Assembly (NCBI RefSeq): GCF_009914755.1
Contig: NC_060940.1
Length of the DNA stretch: 64,000 bases
Reading direction: 5' to 3' (one strand)
Origin: the human T2T-CHM13v2.0 reference genome, Homo sapiens
Shown: piece by piece, positions 35,566-48,199 of the stretch
Numbering within the stretch: the first letter of the stretch is position 1
Layout: each line of letters begins with the position of its first letter
The notes under the pieces: model-generated
Seen by the model: only the letters and a program-made list of their open reading frames with translations
Databases searched by the model: none
Told to the model about the DNA's origin: nothing
Program-made: the position numbers and the translations under genes

Positions 35566-35868
35566 AAGTTCCAGGGGTCCTATAATCTGAACCACTTATT
35601 AAAGACCAAATAAGTGATTGTAAAATTGGTTTTGCTAGCATAGCCTTCCACCTCCTCTTGGCCACAGGAGAAGAGGTTTTAATGCAGAAATGTTGGGAGA
35701 AGGAAAGTATGGAGAAGTTCCAGGGGTCCTATAATCTGAACCACTTGTTAAAGACCAGATAAGTGATTGTAAAATTGGCTTTGCTAGCATAGCCTTCCAC
35801 CTCCTCTTGGCCACATAAGAAGAGGTTTTAATGCAGAAATGTTGGGAGAAGGAAAGTATGGAGAAGTT
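35566..35868. repeat. 149-bp tandem duplication
   Basis: Units 35566-35714 and 35715-35863 differ at 5 positions; aagtt at all three junctions. Confidence 0.95.
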
Positions 35869-36221
35869 ACATCAGGTGAGAGGTCTTGCCTGCTTACTCC
35901 TCACTCAGGCCAACTAAGAGGAGCTTCAAAAGGCACCATTAGGTACCATAGCATGTGTCTCCTGGAGCTGGGGAAGAACAGGATCTGACCTCTGACTTGT
36001 GCTTGAGGAGTCTAAAGGGGAAATGCTGTGTCCCTGCAGCTGAGGGGAGAGTGGGCTGCACAGGTTGCAAGCTGCACCTTTAGCAGGTGAAGGCCAGGGG
36101 GTAGGTTTTCTGGGAACCAGATGTGACTCTTTGAAGGCAGTTAGCCCAATGTCATCTTAAAAGAAGTCTGTCCAGGAGGCTTTCTGAAAGGGTACATGGA
36201 ACCTAGCAGAAAGGTGATCGA

Positions 36222-36712
36222 TCTATTAGTTTCCAGTGAATTCTCTAACAAATACCATTCACTTAATGACTTAAAACAACACAAATTAGTTTTCTTACAT
36301 TTCTGCAGATCAGCAGTTTGAACTGGGTCCACACAGCAGCATTCCTTCTGGAAGCTTCAGGGGAGAATTTGTTTCCTTGTCTTTTATAGCTTCCAGAGGC
36401 TGCCTGCATTCCTTGGCTCATGGCCCTCTGCTCCACATTCAGAACCAGCAGGGTAGCATCTTTTCTTCTCTTGGGCTTCTACTCTGTCCCCACGTCTCTC
36501 TGACTGTGATTCCCCTGCCTCTCTCTTATAAGACCTCTTCTGCTAATTTTGGGCCTACACAGATCATTCAAGATGATCTCACCATCTCAAGATCCTTGAC
36601 TTAATTACATCTGCTAAGTCCTCTTGCTATGTAAGGCAACATGTTCACTGATTGTGGGGAGATTTAGGATATGACCATATTTTGGGGGCAGCTATCGTTT
36701 AGCCTGTCACAG
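36222..36712 (-). mobile_element. MLT1C/D solo LTR
   Basis: ctattagtttcc...gacttaaaacaacacaaat...gaggctgcctgcattccttggctcatggcccc. Confidence 0.75.
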
Positions 36713-37789
36713 TGAACTGTTGGAAACCAGTCTGAGGCTAAGGATTAATTGGTCACCTGGGGCAAGAGATACTACCTAAACTGGAGGAGAGGAATCCATA
36801 AAAGTGCCCCCCAGAAAGAGGACAGGGATGAGGGGAGAACACTTGCTGGTAGCTATACTTTGATTATTTTGGGGGCCCCAAAGCCAGGTGACAACAGTAA
36901 GACCCAATAAAGACATGGTAAGACACAAAGGGGTACTCTTTGTCTTAATCTTCTCTCCTTCTGGACATATTTCTAGAAAAGCCAGAAATTTCATCTAGCA
37001 AGTAGGAAGAGGTGCACTAGATGGTGGTTTTTAATTATGGAAACAAAACAGATCTTCTCACTAAAAAAGCCCAGAAAACTACAGCACCTGCCTGATATTT
37101 TATCCTGAGGTAGAAAAGCACACTTAGCAGTCCACAGAGAGATTCTGAAGCTACAGAGGGAAATGCGATGAAGCTGGTTTTCACTCGCACACTCTCAACT
37201 CCAGATGATAGGTTATGGCCGTATGATGGCTTTTTGCACCATCACTGACCTGGAAGCCCCTTACAGGCCAGAAATGGCTTCCTCATCCTCTTGCCTCCAA
37301 GCCTGTACCCTGGGCCCACCTGACTTGAGGAATGGGACTTAGGAAATGGTCAGGAACCATATGCTATTGAATGGCATGGACCAAATCTATTTACAGTTCT
37401 CTTTCCTGGTGATGACAAGACTGCATGGTTCCATGAGTAATTTATGCTTTGGAAGCCACTAAGCAAAGTGATGTAGACAGACATTTGCCCACAGAAAAAA
37501 CAGGTGATAGAGAGAAGGGAAGATTTTGATTTGTGCCAGGTTATGTGGGCTTTAGAATCCAGAAGAAACATGACCCTGGTTGCTGACCTCAGCTCCCACT
37601 TGGTCTAACTTTACCAGAAATAGTCTGCACTGTGGATGGCTAGTGAGCCACTCTAGCTTGTCACCAGTAGGCAGAGCAATGATGCCTTGAACTGATTTAT
37701 GTGACAAACCAAGGGGGACATATATTTACAACTCTGCAGGTCATTTGTATTTGTCCCCATTGAGGAAGTTGCTATCCAGAGCCTTGGGA

Positions 37790-38015
37790 GGCTGGAGAGG
37801 TTAATAGTGAATGCAGGGTCTACAGGCAGATCCACCTGGATTTGAATTCTGATTTCCTCACTTAGTTACTGTGAGACCTTGTGCAAGTTCATGCCTGCTG
37901 GATTTCCAGTTCCCTCTTCTGTTAAATGGGGATAATAAACAAGATAATCCACATAAAGTACTTAGTACAATGTCTGGCCCAAAGTAAATGCTCAAAATAT
38001 GTAAGCTGTTATTAT
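37790..38015 (+). mobile_element. MIR
   Basis: ctgtgagaccttgtgcaagt...ctgttaaatggggataata. Confidence 0.65.
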
Positions 38016-38221
38016 TTGTGTCACGGGGGTAGTGAAAAGTATCCTGGACTGGAAATCAGGGGACTTGGGGTTCAGATTCAGTAGACAGTTATGTGAAAAT
38101 AGTAGTTCACATTCACTGAGAACTTAACATGTGCCAGCCATCTCAGTAAGTGTTGACATCAATCATTTTATTTAAGCTTTATAACCATCCTAAAAGGTGG
38201 GGACTCATTAATCCAGATTTT

Positions 38222-38518
38222 GGCCAGACATGGTGGCTCATGCCCGTAATCCTAGCACTTTGAGAGGCCAAGGTAAAAGAATTGCTTGAGGTCAGGAGTT
38301 CAAGACCAGTCTGGGAAACACAGAGAGACCCCATCTTTACAAAGAATTAAAAAAACGTGGCTGGATGTGGTAGTGCATGCCTGTAGTCCCGGCTACTTGA
38401 GAGGCTAAGGTGGGAGGATCACTTGAGTCTAGGAGTTTGAGGCTGCTGTGAGCTATGATTGTAGCACTTGCTCTCCAGCCTGGGTACAAAGGGCAACTCA
38501 TGTTGAAGAAAACAAAAA
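38222..38518 (+). mobile_element. AluJ inside a minus-strand MIR
   Basis: Forward Alu with AluJ-type tgggaggatcacttgag...gtttgaggctgctgtgagctatgat. Confidence 0.88.
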
Positions 38519-38829
38519 ATCCAGGTAGATGAAGAGGCTGGTGTGCAAAGAAGAAAGTAGCTTGTCCAGGGTCCCACGACTGGCAATGGTTCCAGAGCCT
38601 TAGCTCTTAACCAGTGTGTAGAACTGGACCAGTGCCCTCCCCTCAGTGACCACAATGCTTGCTTTTGTTTGTTTCTTTTGGGATATTGTAACATTTTTAA
38701 GGCTTTTTAAATGTCTGAAATACTAACATTTTTGTGGACATGACACTTATTTTTATATTAAAAATTACTTTCTGAATAATGTACAACTTGAGCTAAACCT
38801 AGAACAGCATACGCTGTACTAATATTTTA

Positions 38830-39340
38830 AAATGATCCTCCTGTGGCTTCAGAGTAAAGTCTGAAGTCCTCAGAGAGGCCTACATGCTTCTTTGACCTCA
38901 CCACATACCTTTTTCCCCTTCTCCTGCTTTGTTGGAGCTGTCTGACCTTGCTTGTCCTCAAATGTGCAGAGATGCTCCTGCCTCAGGGCCTCTGTGCTGG
39001 ATGTTTTGTCTTCCTGGAAGGCTCTTCCCTAGAGACCTGCACAGCAGCCTCCCTATCTTCAAGTCTTTGCTCAAACAACATTTTGTCCATGAGGACTATG
39101 CTGGGCACCCTATTTAAAATTGCAACCTGTTCCTCCATTCTTTTACATCCTCACCACACTCAATTAGTACAGTGTTCATCACTTTCTAACATACTATACA
39201 TTTATTTATTACGGTTTTTTTTATCATATTCCCCCCACCTGCCATTTAAATGTGTGCTCTACAAAAATTTGCCTTTGTTCACTGATATATCCCAGGTGCT
39301 TAGGTCAGTGCCTAGCACATAGCAGGCAAATAATGATTAA
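38830..39340 (+). mobile_element. L2 3' end
   Basis: cctgcctcagggcctctgtgctgg...cagtgcctagcacatagcagg. Confidence 0.7.
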
Positions 39341-42300
39341 GTAAATTATTAAGTAAAGATGATTTCCCAACCACACTTTCCCTGCATTTAACATCTTTCC
39401 AAAGGAAACTTCTGGTTTTCAGTCCTGTATATAAAAATCTTGGAAGTCACCACTTTGTCCTAACAGCAAGTAAAAAAGGCTGAACAAACTGAAAAATCAA
39501 CAACTCTTCTTACCTCCATGAGAGAAATGAGGTCAAAGGCAAACTGATATCCACAAAATTAGAGAGACCAACAGGAAAATACTGAGAATCAATACTTTTC
39601 GGAGCAGAAACTCATGAGTGGAAACTTCTGTGGGAGCCAGTGCCAGGGTAGGAAAACTGGAACTGTAATTGACAAATTGCTGGAGTTTCCATGTAGACAA
39701 GTCTAATAGATGAGGAGGGCCGAGTCACTGGGTTCCCCCACGTTTTTGTGTGACTCTCTTCTCCTGGAGCTCTACCAGTTCTTACAGTGAATATTGGACA
39801 AAAATTGCCACCTGCTTCTGGTAGAAGGAGGGAGAAAAAGAACCATTTTGAAATATATCACAGTATTCTGTTCTTAATAAGATCTGCCCTCAGGAGGAAC
39901 TGTTTTACCAGATCATAACCTGCTTGGGTTTTACCAGAGCCTAACTGACCTGAGGAAAGAAAATACCCAACCCTAGTCCACTTCAGCCATCATATTCCAC
40001 CGGGCAGGGGGAGAGGGAACTAAGAAACACTTGTGAAGTTCACATTCCAGAGGCACAGGGCTCACTAAGAGACTGAGACCTAGTCCTAGGACTGTAGAAT
40101 GCCTCCCTCCCCGACACCTTACCCCCACACTACTACAGGATTATTTACAGAAGTTCCTTTTACCAAGTACATCATGCCTGGCTATCAATAAAAAATTATA
40201 AGACATACATACAGAACAAGCATCAGAACCAGACTCAGATATGGGAGGCCACGTTGAAATCACCAGACTGAGAATTTAACCCAACTATGATTAATATTCT
40301 AAGGACTCTTATGAATAAAGCAGATAGTATGCACGTACAGATAGGCAGTGTAAGCAGAGAGAATAAAAGAATAAAATCCTAAGAAAGAATGAAAAATAAA
40401 TCCTATAGATCAAAAACACTGTTGACAGAAATAAGGATGTTTTCCATGGGCTTACTGGTAGACTGGAGGTGGCTGAGGAAAGAACCTTTGAACTTGAGAA
40501 TGCCTCAATAGAAAACTTCAAAACTGAAATATAAATAGAAAAAAGACTAAAATAAAATAAAACAGAATATCTAAGAACTGTGGGACAACTAAAAAAAGTG
40601 TAAAAATTCACATAATGGGAATGCAAGAAGGAGAAAAAAGAGAGAAAAGACAAAAGAAATATTTGAAACAATGATGACTGAGAATTTCTCCCAAATTAAT
40701 GTCCGACACCAAATCACAGATCCAAGATGCATAAAGAAAACGAAGCAGGATAAATGCCCAAAATACTGCACCTAGGCATATCATTTTCAAACTAAATAAA
40801 ATACAAAGAGAAAAAACTCACAGGTCCTTTGATTCAGATGATGTTAGCAAGATGGCAGATGAGAATATCCTATCCCTTACTCTCAAACAAATACAGCAAT
40901 AAAGTCAACTATACACAGCACCCCAGAATGAAGTTAGAGGTTTGCAGTGACACAGAGGAGTGCAAAGACTGGGGTTGGCTGCATAGAAAAGGTTTGTGTT
41001 GTCCTATGCCCAGGCCAGTGCAGCATCATGATGAATCCACTCAACTGTGAGTTCTGTCTATGGAGGAAGAGGGAAGTGGGGGACCTCAGCAGCCCTTGCC
41101 ACTGGAGCTCCCAACAGTCCTCACTACCACCATATAGAACTCCCAGATCGTCACTGATGTGGAGTCCGGCCATCAAAAGTGACAGGAGCCAGAACCACCG
41201 TGTTCCCTGTAGCTGGAACTACCAATTGTTAGTTCTCCCTCCAAGTCAGAGACACTACTTTTCTACACCCCAGTGAGGTGATGCACATCTGCACTCAGAC
41301 CAGCACCCTCTGTGAACTGTGGACCTAAAACCTGCCCTGGTGCCTTCTAGTGGCACTGTATATATGCTGTGAGAATGGGCAGTTGTTGCAGCTGTGTGTG
41401 TGAGACCACAGGATCAGAGGCCTACCACAGCTGCACATTCAAGCCCACGGGATCAGGCACCCACACCAGCTGCATGTGCCATCCATCAGACTTGGCCCCT
41501 ATTTTCTTGCCATAAACATACATCCATGTACCTATTGGACCAGGAGCCTTCTGTAGGCAACATGTGCAATCATGTGCCTCCTAGTCCCAACCCCTGTGTA
41601 TAGCCCTAAGATGGCATTCCAGTGAGCCCCCAGAATAGGCATCCCTGCACATCTTTGCATTAGGATCTGGACCTGGAGCCACCACACACCTCATCCAGCT
41701 GGTGCCCTTGCATCCACCCATGGGAGAAGGTCTTTTTCTACCTAGGCCAGTCTGTGAAGTTTGGAAGGGATGACTGCTTTTCCAAATGCAAGACCATGCA
41801 AGATTACAAAGAACATGAAAAACCAAGGCAAGATGATACCACCAAAAGAACACAATAACTCTCAATCTATAAATTGGTGAACAAAGACTTTAAATAATTA
41901 CTTTAAAGAAGCACAATAAGCTACAAGAGAATGCAGATAGACAACAAAATGATATCAAGAAAGCAATACATGGAGAAAACAAGATGTCCAACAAAGAGAC
42001 AGAAATAATAAACCACCCCCCCCCCAAAAAAAATAGAAATTCTGGAGCTGAAAAATACAACAATTGAATAAAAAATGTAACAGAGAGCCACAACAGCAGA
42101 TTCAATCAAGCAGAAGAAAGAATAAGCTAACATAAAGACAAATCATTTGAAATTATCCAAAAAAGAAAAAAGGAATGAAAGAGAATGAAGAAAATCTGGG
42201 GGATTTATGGGAAACCATCAAGTGAAACAATATATGCATTATGGAACTTTAAGAGGAAGAAGGGAGAAAGAGAAATAATGGCTGAAAACTTCCCAAATCA

Positions 42301-43167
42301 TGGGAGGGAAATTGACGTTCAGATTTATGAAGCTCAAAATTCCCAAATAGGATCAACTCAAAAAAGACTACACTGACACCCATTGTAATCAAATTGTCAA
42401 AGGTCAATTACAAAGAAAGGATTTTGAAAGCAGCAATGGAACAGTGACATGCCACATATAAGGAAACCTTAATATGTCTATCAGTGGATTTCTCAGCAGA
42501 AACCTTGCAGACCAGAAGGGAGTGGCATGACATATTCAAAGTGCTGACAGAAAAATATGCCAACCAAGCATTCTATACCTGGCAAAATTATACTTTAAAA
42601 ATGAAGGAAACAGAAATTCTTTTCCCCAGACAAATAAAAACTGAAAAAGTTTGTCACCACTAGATCTGCTTTACAACAAATACTTCAAGAGAGTTCTTCA
42701 AATTGAAATTAAAACATGGAAAACATCTCTGGTATAAAAAAGGTGAAGAAGAAAAAAACATGCTAAACAGTAGCATGAAAGCATATGAAAACCTAAATCT
42801 TATGGGTAAATGTAAATATATAGCCAAATATAAAATAATTGCAATGGTGGTATTACCCCTGTTAGAATGGCTGTTACAAAAAAGACGAAATATAGCAAGT
42901 ATCAGAATGGATGGGGAGAAAAGAGAATCCTTCTACACGGTCATTGGGAATGTAATTTGGTACAATGATTATGGAATACAGTATGGAGTTTCCACAAAAA
43001 TTAAAACTAGATCTATATGATCTTTCAATCCCACTTCTGACTATATATCCCCCCAAAATGAAATCAACATCTCAAAGAGATATATGCATTCCCATGTTTA
43101 TTGCATCACTATTCATACTAGTCAAGGCGTGAAAACAGCCTTCATGTCTGTTGATGGATGAATGAAC

Positions 43168-43360
43168 AAATACAAAAAATTAGCCGGGTGAGGTGGCGGG
43201 TGCCTGCAGTCCCAGCTACTCGGGAGGCTGAGGCAAGAGAATGGCGTGAACCCCAGGGGGCGGAGCCTGCAGTGAGCCGAGATCGCGCCACTGCACTCCA
43301 GCCTGGGCGACAGCAAGACTCCGTCTCAAAAAAAAAAAAAAAAAAAAAAAGAAAAGAAAA
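43168..43360 (+). mobile_element. 5'-truncated AluY (Ye5-like), right monomer only
   Basis: Starts at the linker aaatacaaaaaattagccgg; variant positions gaggtggcggg, gaaccccaggggggcggagcctgcag, gacagc-agact; long A tail. Confidence 0.8.
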
Positions 43361-43738
43361 AAAATGGTGGTATATGTACAATAGGGTGTTAGTTAACTTT
43401 AAAAAAGAAGAAAATTCTGCCATTTTGCAACAACATGGATGAACCTGGAGGACATTATAAAATGAAATAATCCGGTCACAGAAAGACAAATACTACACGA
43501 TCTCACATGTGGAATATAAAATAGTCGAATTCATACAAGCAGAGAGTAGAATGGTGGTTACCAGTATCAGGGGCTGGAGGAAATAGGAGATGTTCATTGA
43601 AGGGTATAAAGTTTCAGTTGTGAAGGATGAATAAGTTCTAGAGATCTAATACACAGCATGGTGATTGCAGTTAATAATACTGTATTGTATATTATATACT
43701 TAAAATTTGCAAAAAGAGTAGATTTTCTGTTTTCTCAC

Positions 43739-43741
<3 letters not shown>

Positions 43742-43772
<31 letters not shown>
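43742..43772. repeat. (CA)n microsatellite, about 15 units
   Basis: Read directly from the sequence. Confidence 0.95.
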
Positions 43773-43773
<1 letters not shown>

Positions 43774-46700
43774 CAACTATGTGAGGTGATGACTACGTTA
43801 ATTAGCTTGACTATAGTAATCACTTCACAATGCATATGTACATCAAAACATTACATTGTATACTTCAAACATACACCATTTTTTATTAAAAAGGAAAAAT
43901 TCTAATAACAGAATAATTCTGAAAGAAGATAGAGAATAAACCTTACCCAAAGAAGAGGAAAGAAAGAATTATATCCTACTCTTCCTCAGAAACTATGTAC
44001 ACAAGAATAGAGTGGAGAGAAATCTTTAAAGTATGGGTAAAAAAAAAAACCCTCCATCAACACAGAATTCTGTACCTGGCAAAATTATCCTTCAAAACTA
44101 AAGGAGAAATCAAGATTCTTTTTCAAACAAGTATTTAAGAAATTTGTGGTCAGTAGACGTGCCTTGCAAGAAATGATAAAATAAGTTCATAAGAGAAAGG
44201 GAAAAAGACCTAAGTCAGAAACTCAGATCCACATAAAGAAAGGAAGAGCATCAGAAAAGGATAAGTAAAGGCAAAAGTAAAACTTTTAACTATGCTTGAT
44301 TTATCTAACAGATAACAGTCTGTTCAAAATAATAATAGCAACTTTGCATTCAGTTATATATGCATCATTTTATACATATATACATATGCATACATATATC
44401 TATGTATGCTTATGTTTGAGTAAAACTAATGGCAACAATAATACCTGGGATGAGAGGGAGAAATTAGGATTTTTTTAAACTATAAAGTATTCACACTACC
44501 CATAAAGCAGTATTGTGTTATTTGAAAATGACTTAAATTAGTTGTAAGTATATATTGCAAGCTCTAGGGCAACTACTAAACAAGTAAAAAATGGATATAA
44601 CTGATATGTTAAGAAAGGCAAAAAAAATGGAATCATAAAATGCTCAATGAAAATCAGGCAAAAAAAGAATGGAAGGCAAAAATAGGAACAAAGCACAAGA
44701 ACAAGTAGAAAAACACAACAAATAGAGTAGATATTAATCCAGCTGTAGCAATAATTACTTTGAATGTCAGTGGTCCAAATGTGCTTACTAAAAGACAGTG
44801 ATTGTCAGAATGGATAAAAAAAAAAGACACAACCACATGTTGTCTACAAGTAAACCCTGTATGTGTCTTTGTATTTATATTTAAATATATACAAATATAT
44901 TTAAATGTAGATTTAAAGTAAATGGATGGAAGATACATGTAGATTAAAAGTAAATGGATGGAAACAGACATATCATGCTAGTACTAATCAAAAGAAGGCA
45001 GGAGTAAGTATATTAATTTCAGACAGCAGACTTCAGGGCAAAGAAAGTTATCAGAGATAAAGAGGGGCATTATGTAATAATAAAGGACCAATCTTCCAAG
45101 ACATAACAATTCTAAATATGTGTGCATATAAAAACAGAGCATCAAAATACATGAGACAAAAATTGATAGAACCAGGAGGAGGAAGTAGCTAAATCCAGTA
45201 TTATAGTTGGGGACTTCAATATCTGTCTATCAGAAATGAACAAACCTGGCAGGCAAAAAAATCAGTAAAGACATACTTGAACTCAACAACAGCATCAGTC
45301 GACTGGATATAATTGACATTCATAGAGTAATTCACTCAATAACAGCAGAACACACATTCTTCTCAAGGTCAAATGGAACATTTGCCATGACAAAGAACAT
45401 TCTGGAAACAACTTGATATATTTAAAAGAATAAAAATCTTACAATGTGTGTACTCAGACTACAATTGCATTAAACTATAAATCAATAACAGAAAGATAGC
45501 TCAAAAAAGTCTAAAATACATGAAGATTAAACAACACACTTCTACAAAAAACATGGGTCAAAAAAACTCAGGAGAAATTTAGAAAATATTTTGAACCAAA
45601 CAAAAATAAAAACACTACTTACAAAAATTTCTGGATGCTGCAAAAGCAGTACTTAGAGGAAAATTGATAATATTCAATGCATATATGAGATAAGAAGAAA
45701 GATCTAGAATAAAAAATCTCAGCTTTTACTTTAGGAAACTAGAAAAAATTAGTAAATTAAATCCAAAGTGAGCAGAAGGAAAGAAATAAAAATTAGAGCA
45801 GAAATCAATGAAACTGAAAGTTGGATATCAATAGAGAAAATCAACAAAACCAAAAGCTAGGTATTTGAAAAGATAAATAAAATCAATAAGCCTCTAGCCA
45901 GGCTAGTTAAGAAAAAAAAAAGACAGTACAGAAATTACTAATTGGAAATGAAAGAGAAGATATCCCTATAGATCCCATGGACATTAAAATAAAAGAAAAC
46001 TATGAATAATTTTAATAATTTAATAATCTTGATGAAATGGAGAATTCCTTGAAATACACTGTCTGCCAAAACTCAAACAACAAAAAACAGACAATCTGAA
46101 TAGGCCTATATCTATTATATGAATTGAATCAATAATTAATAACCTCTAAACAGAGGTCACCAGGCCCAAATGAGCTCACTGGTGAATTTTACCAAACTTT
46201 ATGGAAAAAATTATACTAATTCTCTACAGTCTCTTTTAGAAGATAGAAGCAAAAGGAATACTCCATTACTCATTCTATTAGACCAGCATTATCCTAATAT
46301 TGAAAGACATTATAAGAAAGAAAGTGGGCAAACCAATATATCTGTAATGAACATACACAAATTTCTTAACACAATATTAGCAAATTAAGTACAACCATGT
46401 GTAAAAAGATTTATACATCAAGACCAAGTGGAATTTGTCTCAGGTATGCAAGGCTGGTTTAGCATTTGAAAATCAATTAATGTAATCTATGATATCAACA
46501 AGCTAAATAGAAAATATCATATATTCACATCAATAGATGCAAAACAATATTGAACAAAATCTAACACTCATTCTGATAAAAAGTCCTCAGTCAACTAGGA
46601 ATATAGGGGAACTTCCTTAACTTTATAAAGAACATCTACCAAAAACCCACAGCTAACATCAATAATATTGAGAAACTCTAACTTTCCCACTAAGATCCAG

Positions 46701-47138
46701 AACAAGGCAATAATGTTCTTTCTCTCCACTTTTTTTTCAACATTGTACTGTAAGTTCTCATTAATGAATAAGACAAGAAATGGAAACAAAGTGTATACTG
46801 TGAAAGAAGAAATAAAACTGTCTTTGTTCCCAGATGACTTGATCTTTAAGTTGTCAACTATATGACATTCTAATGATTTCAACTATATGACATTCTGGAA
46901 AAGGCAAAACTATGGAGACAGTAAAAAGATCAGTGGTTTTCAAGGGTTAGGGGAGAGAGAGTGCTGAATAGGTGGAGTATAGAGAATTTTGAGGGCAGTG
47001 AAACTACTCTGTATGATACTACAATGGTGGATATATATCATTATACATTTGTCCAAACCCATAGAATGCACACTAAGAGAAAATTCTAATGTATACTATG
47101 GACTTTGGGTGATAGGATTATGTCATTGTAGGTTCATT

Positions 47139-47824
47139 ATCTCAGTCTGTTTGGACTGTCACAACAAAATACCCTAGACTAGATAATTTATAAATGGAAA
47201 TTCATTGCTCACAGTTTCAGAGGCTGGAAAGTTGAAGAATAAGGCACCAGCAGGTTCATTGTTGGGTGAGGGCCTGTTCCTCATAGATGGCACCTTATAT
47301 GTGTTCTCACACAGTGGAAGGGACAACAGACTGCCTGATGCCTCTTTTATGAAGGCCCTAATCCCATTCATGAGGGTGCAGCTCTAATGACCAAATCACC
47401 TTTATAACAGGCATAGCCTTTCCTCCAGTTTCCAATAACTTGTTAGTTATTTCCATCTGAGACCTCATCAGAAAGGCCTTTAGCATCCATGTTTCTACCA
47501 ACATTCTGATTATGATCACAAGTAGTCTCTAAGATGATTTAGGCTTTCTGTGTATCTCTCCTCTTTTCCTGAGCCCTGACCAAAATCACTCTTAATGCTC
47601 TGTTTATGGCCATGTAGACTTTTTTTCTAACATGCACCTCAAAATTTTTCCAGATTGTACCCATTACCCAATTTCAAAGCTGCTTCCACATTTTTAGATA
47701 TTTGTTATAGCAACATCCCTCTTCTTGGTACGAATTTCTGTCTTTGTCCATTAGGGCTTTTATAACAAAATACCTTAGACTGGGTAATCTATAAACAACA
47801 AACATGTATTGCTCACAGTTCTGG
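47139..47824 (-). mobile_element. MST/MLT1A MaLR remnant: partial LTR, internal fragment, start of second LTR
   Basis: acaaaatacc(c/t)tagact...attgctcacagtt occurs at ~47165 and ~47765, flanking MaLR-internal-like sequence ending cttggtacgaatttc. Confidence 0.7.
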
Positions 47825-48199
47825 TCCCAGAGCACCGTCCTTAACCTCTTGAACCTGTTTCCTCAACGGTGAAATAAGCCTGACGCTACCTGTCTCATAA
47901 GTGGGTATTAAATGGGGCGTGAGACTAACCATGTGCTGGCACGTAGGACGTGCTCTATAAATAAGAATGTTGTTGGTATTATTAGTGAGTCCTATTCCTT
48001 CCCGTATTTAACACTTGTTTGCCACGCGCCTCTTCACTGTTGGGAATTCTGCGTGGTGAGGTGCATACCACGGTGATCTTCTGAGACCTGGCTCCTGCCT
48101 TCAGGGAGAGGACAGGTCTGTAAACAAGGCCCCCTCAGTCCTTTAACAATCGAGGCGCTAGCAGTGTCCCTGTCCCTGAATTACAGAGAGGAAACAGGC

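Larger units (their letters stand above)
40830..43895 (+). mobile_element. L1MA-type element (5'UTR, ORF1, 3' end; most of ORF2 deleted)
   Basis: Starts gatgttagcaagatggc; ORF1-like 41800-42750; joins the ORF2 C-terminus at ~42850; L1MA 3'UTR gaataagttctagagatctaatacacagcatgg. Confidence 0.7.
39405..47138 (+). mobile_element. L1MC/MD-like element (5'UTR-ORF1-ORF2, internally deleted), split by an L1MA insertion
   Basis: ORF1-like at 40250-40820 resumes at ~43910; EN region 44750-45500; RT LSLFPDD at ~46820, then a jump to the 3'UTR at ~46860. Confidence 0.7.
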
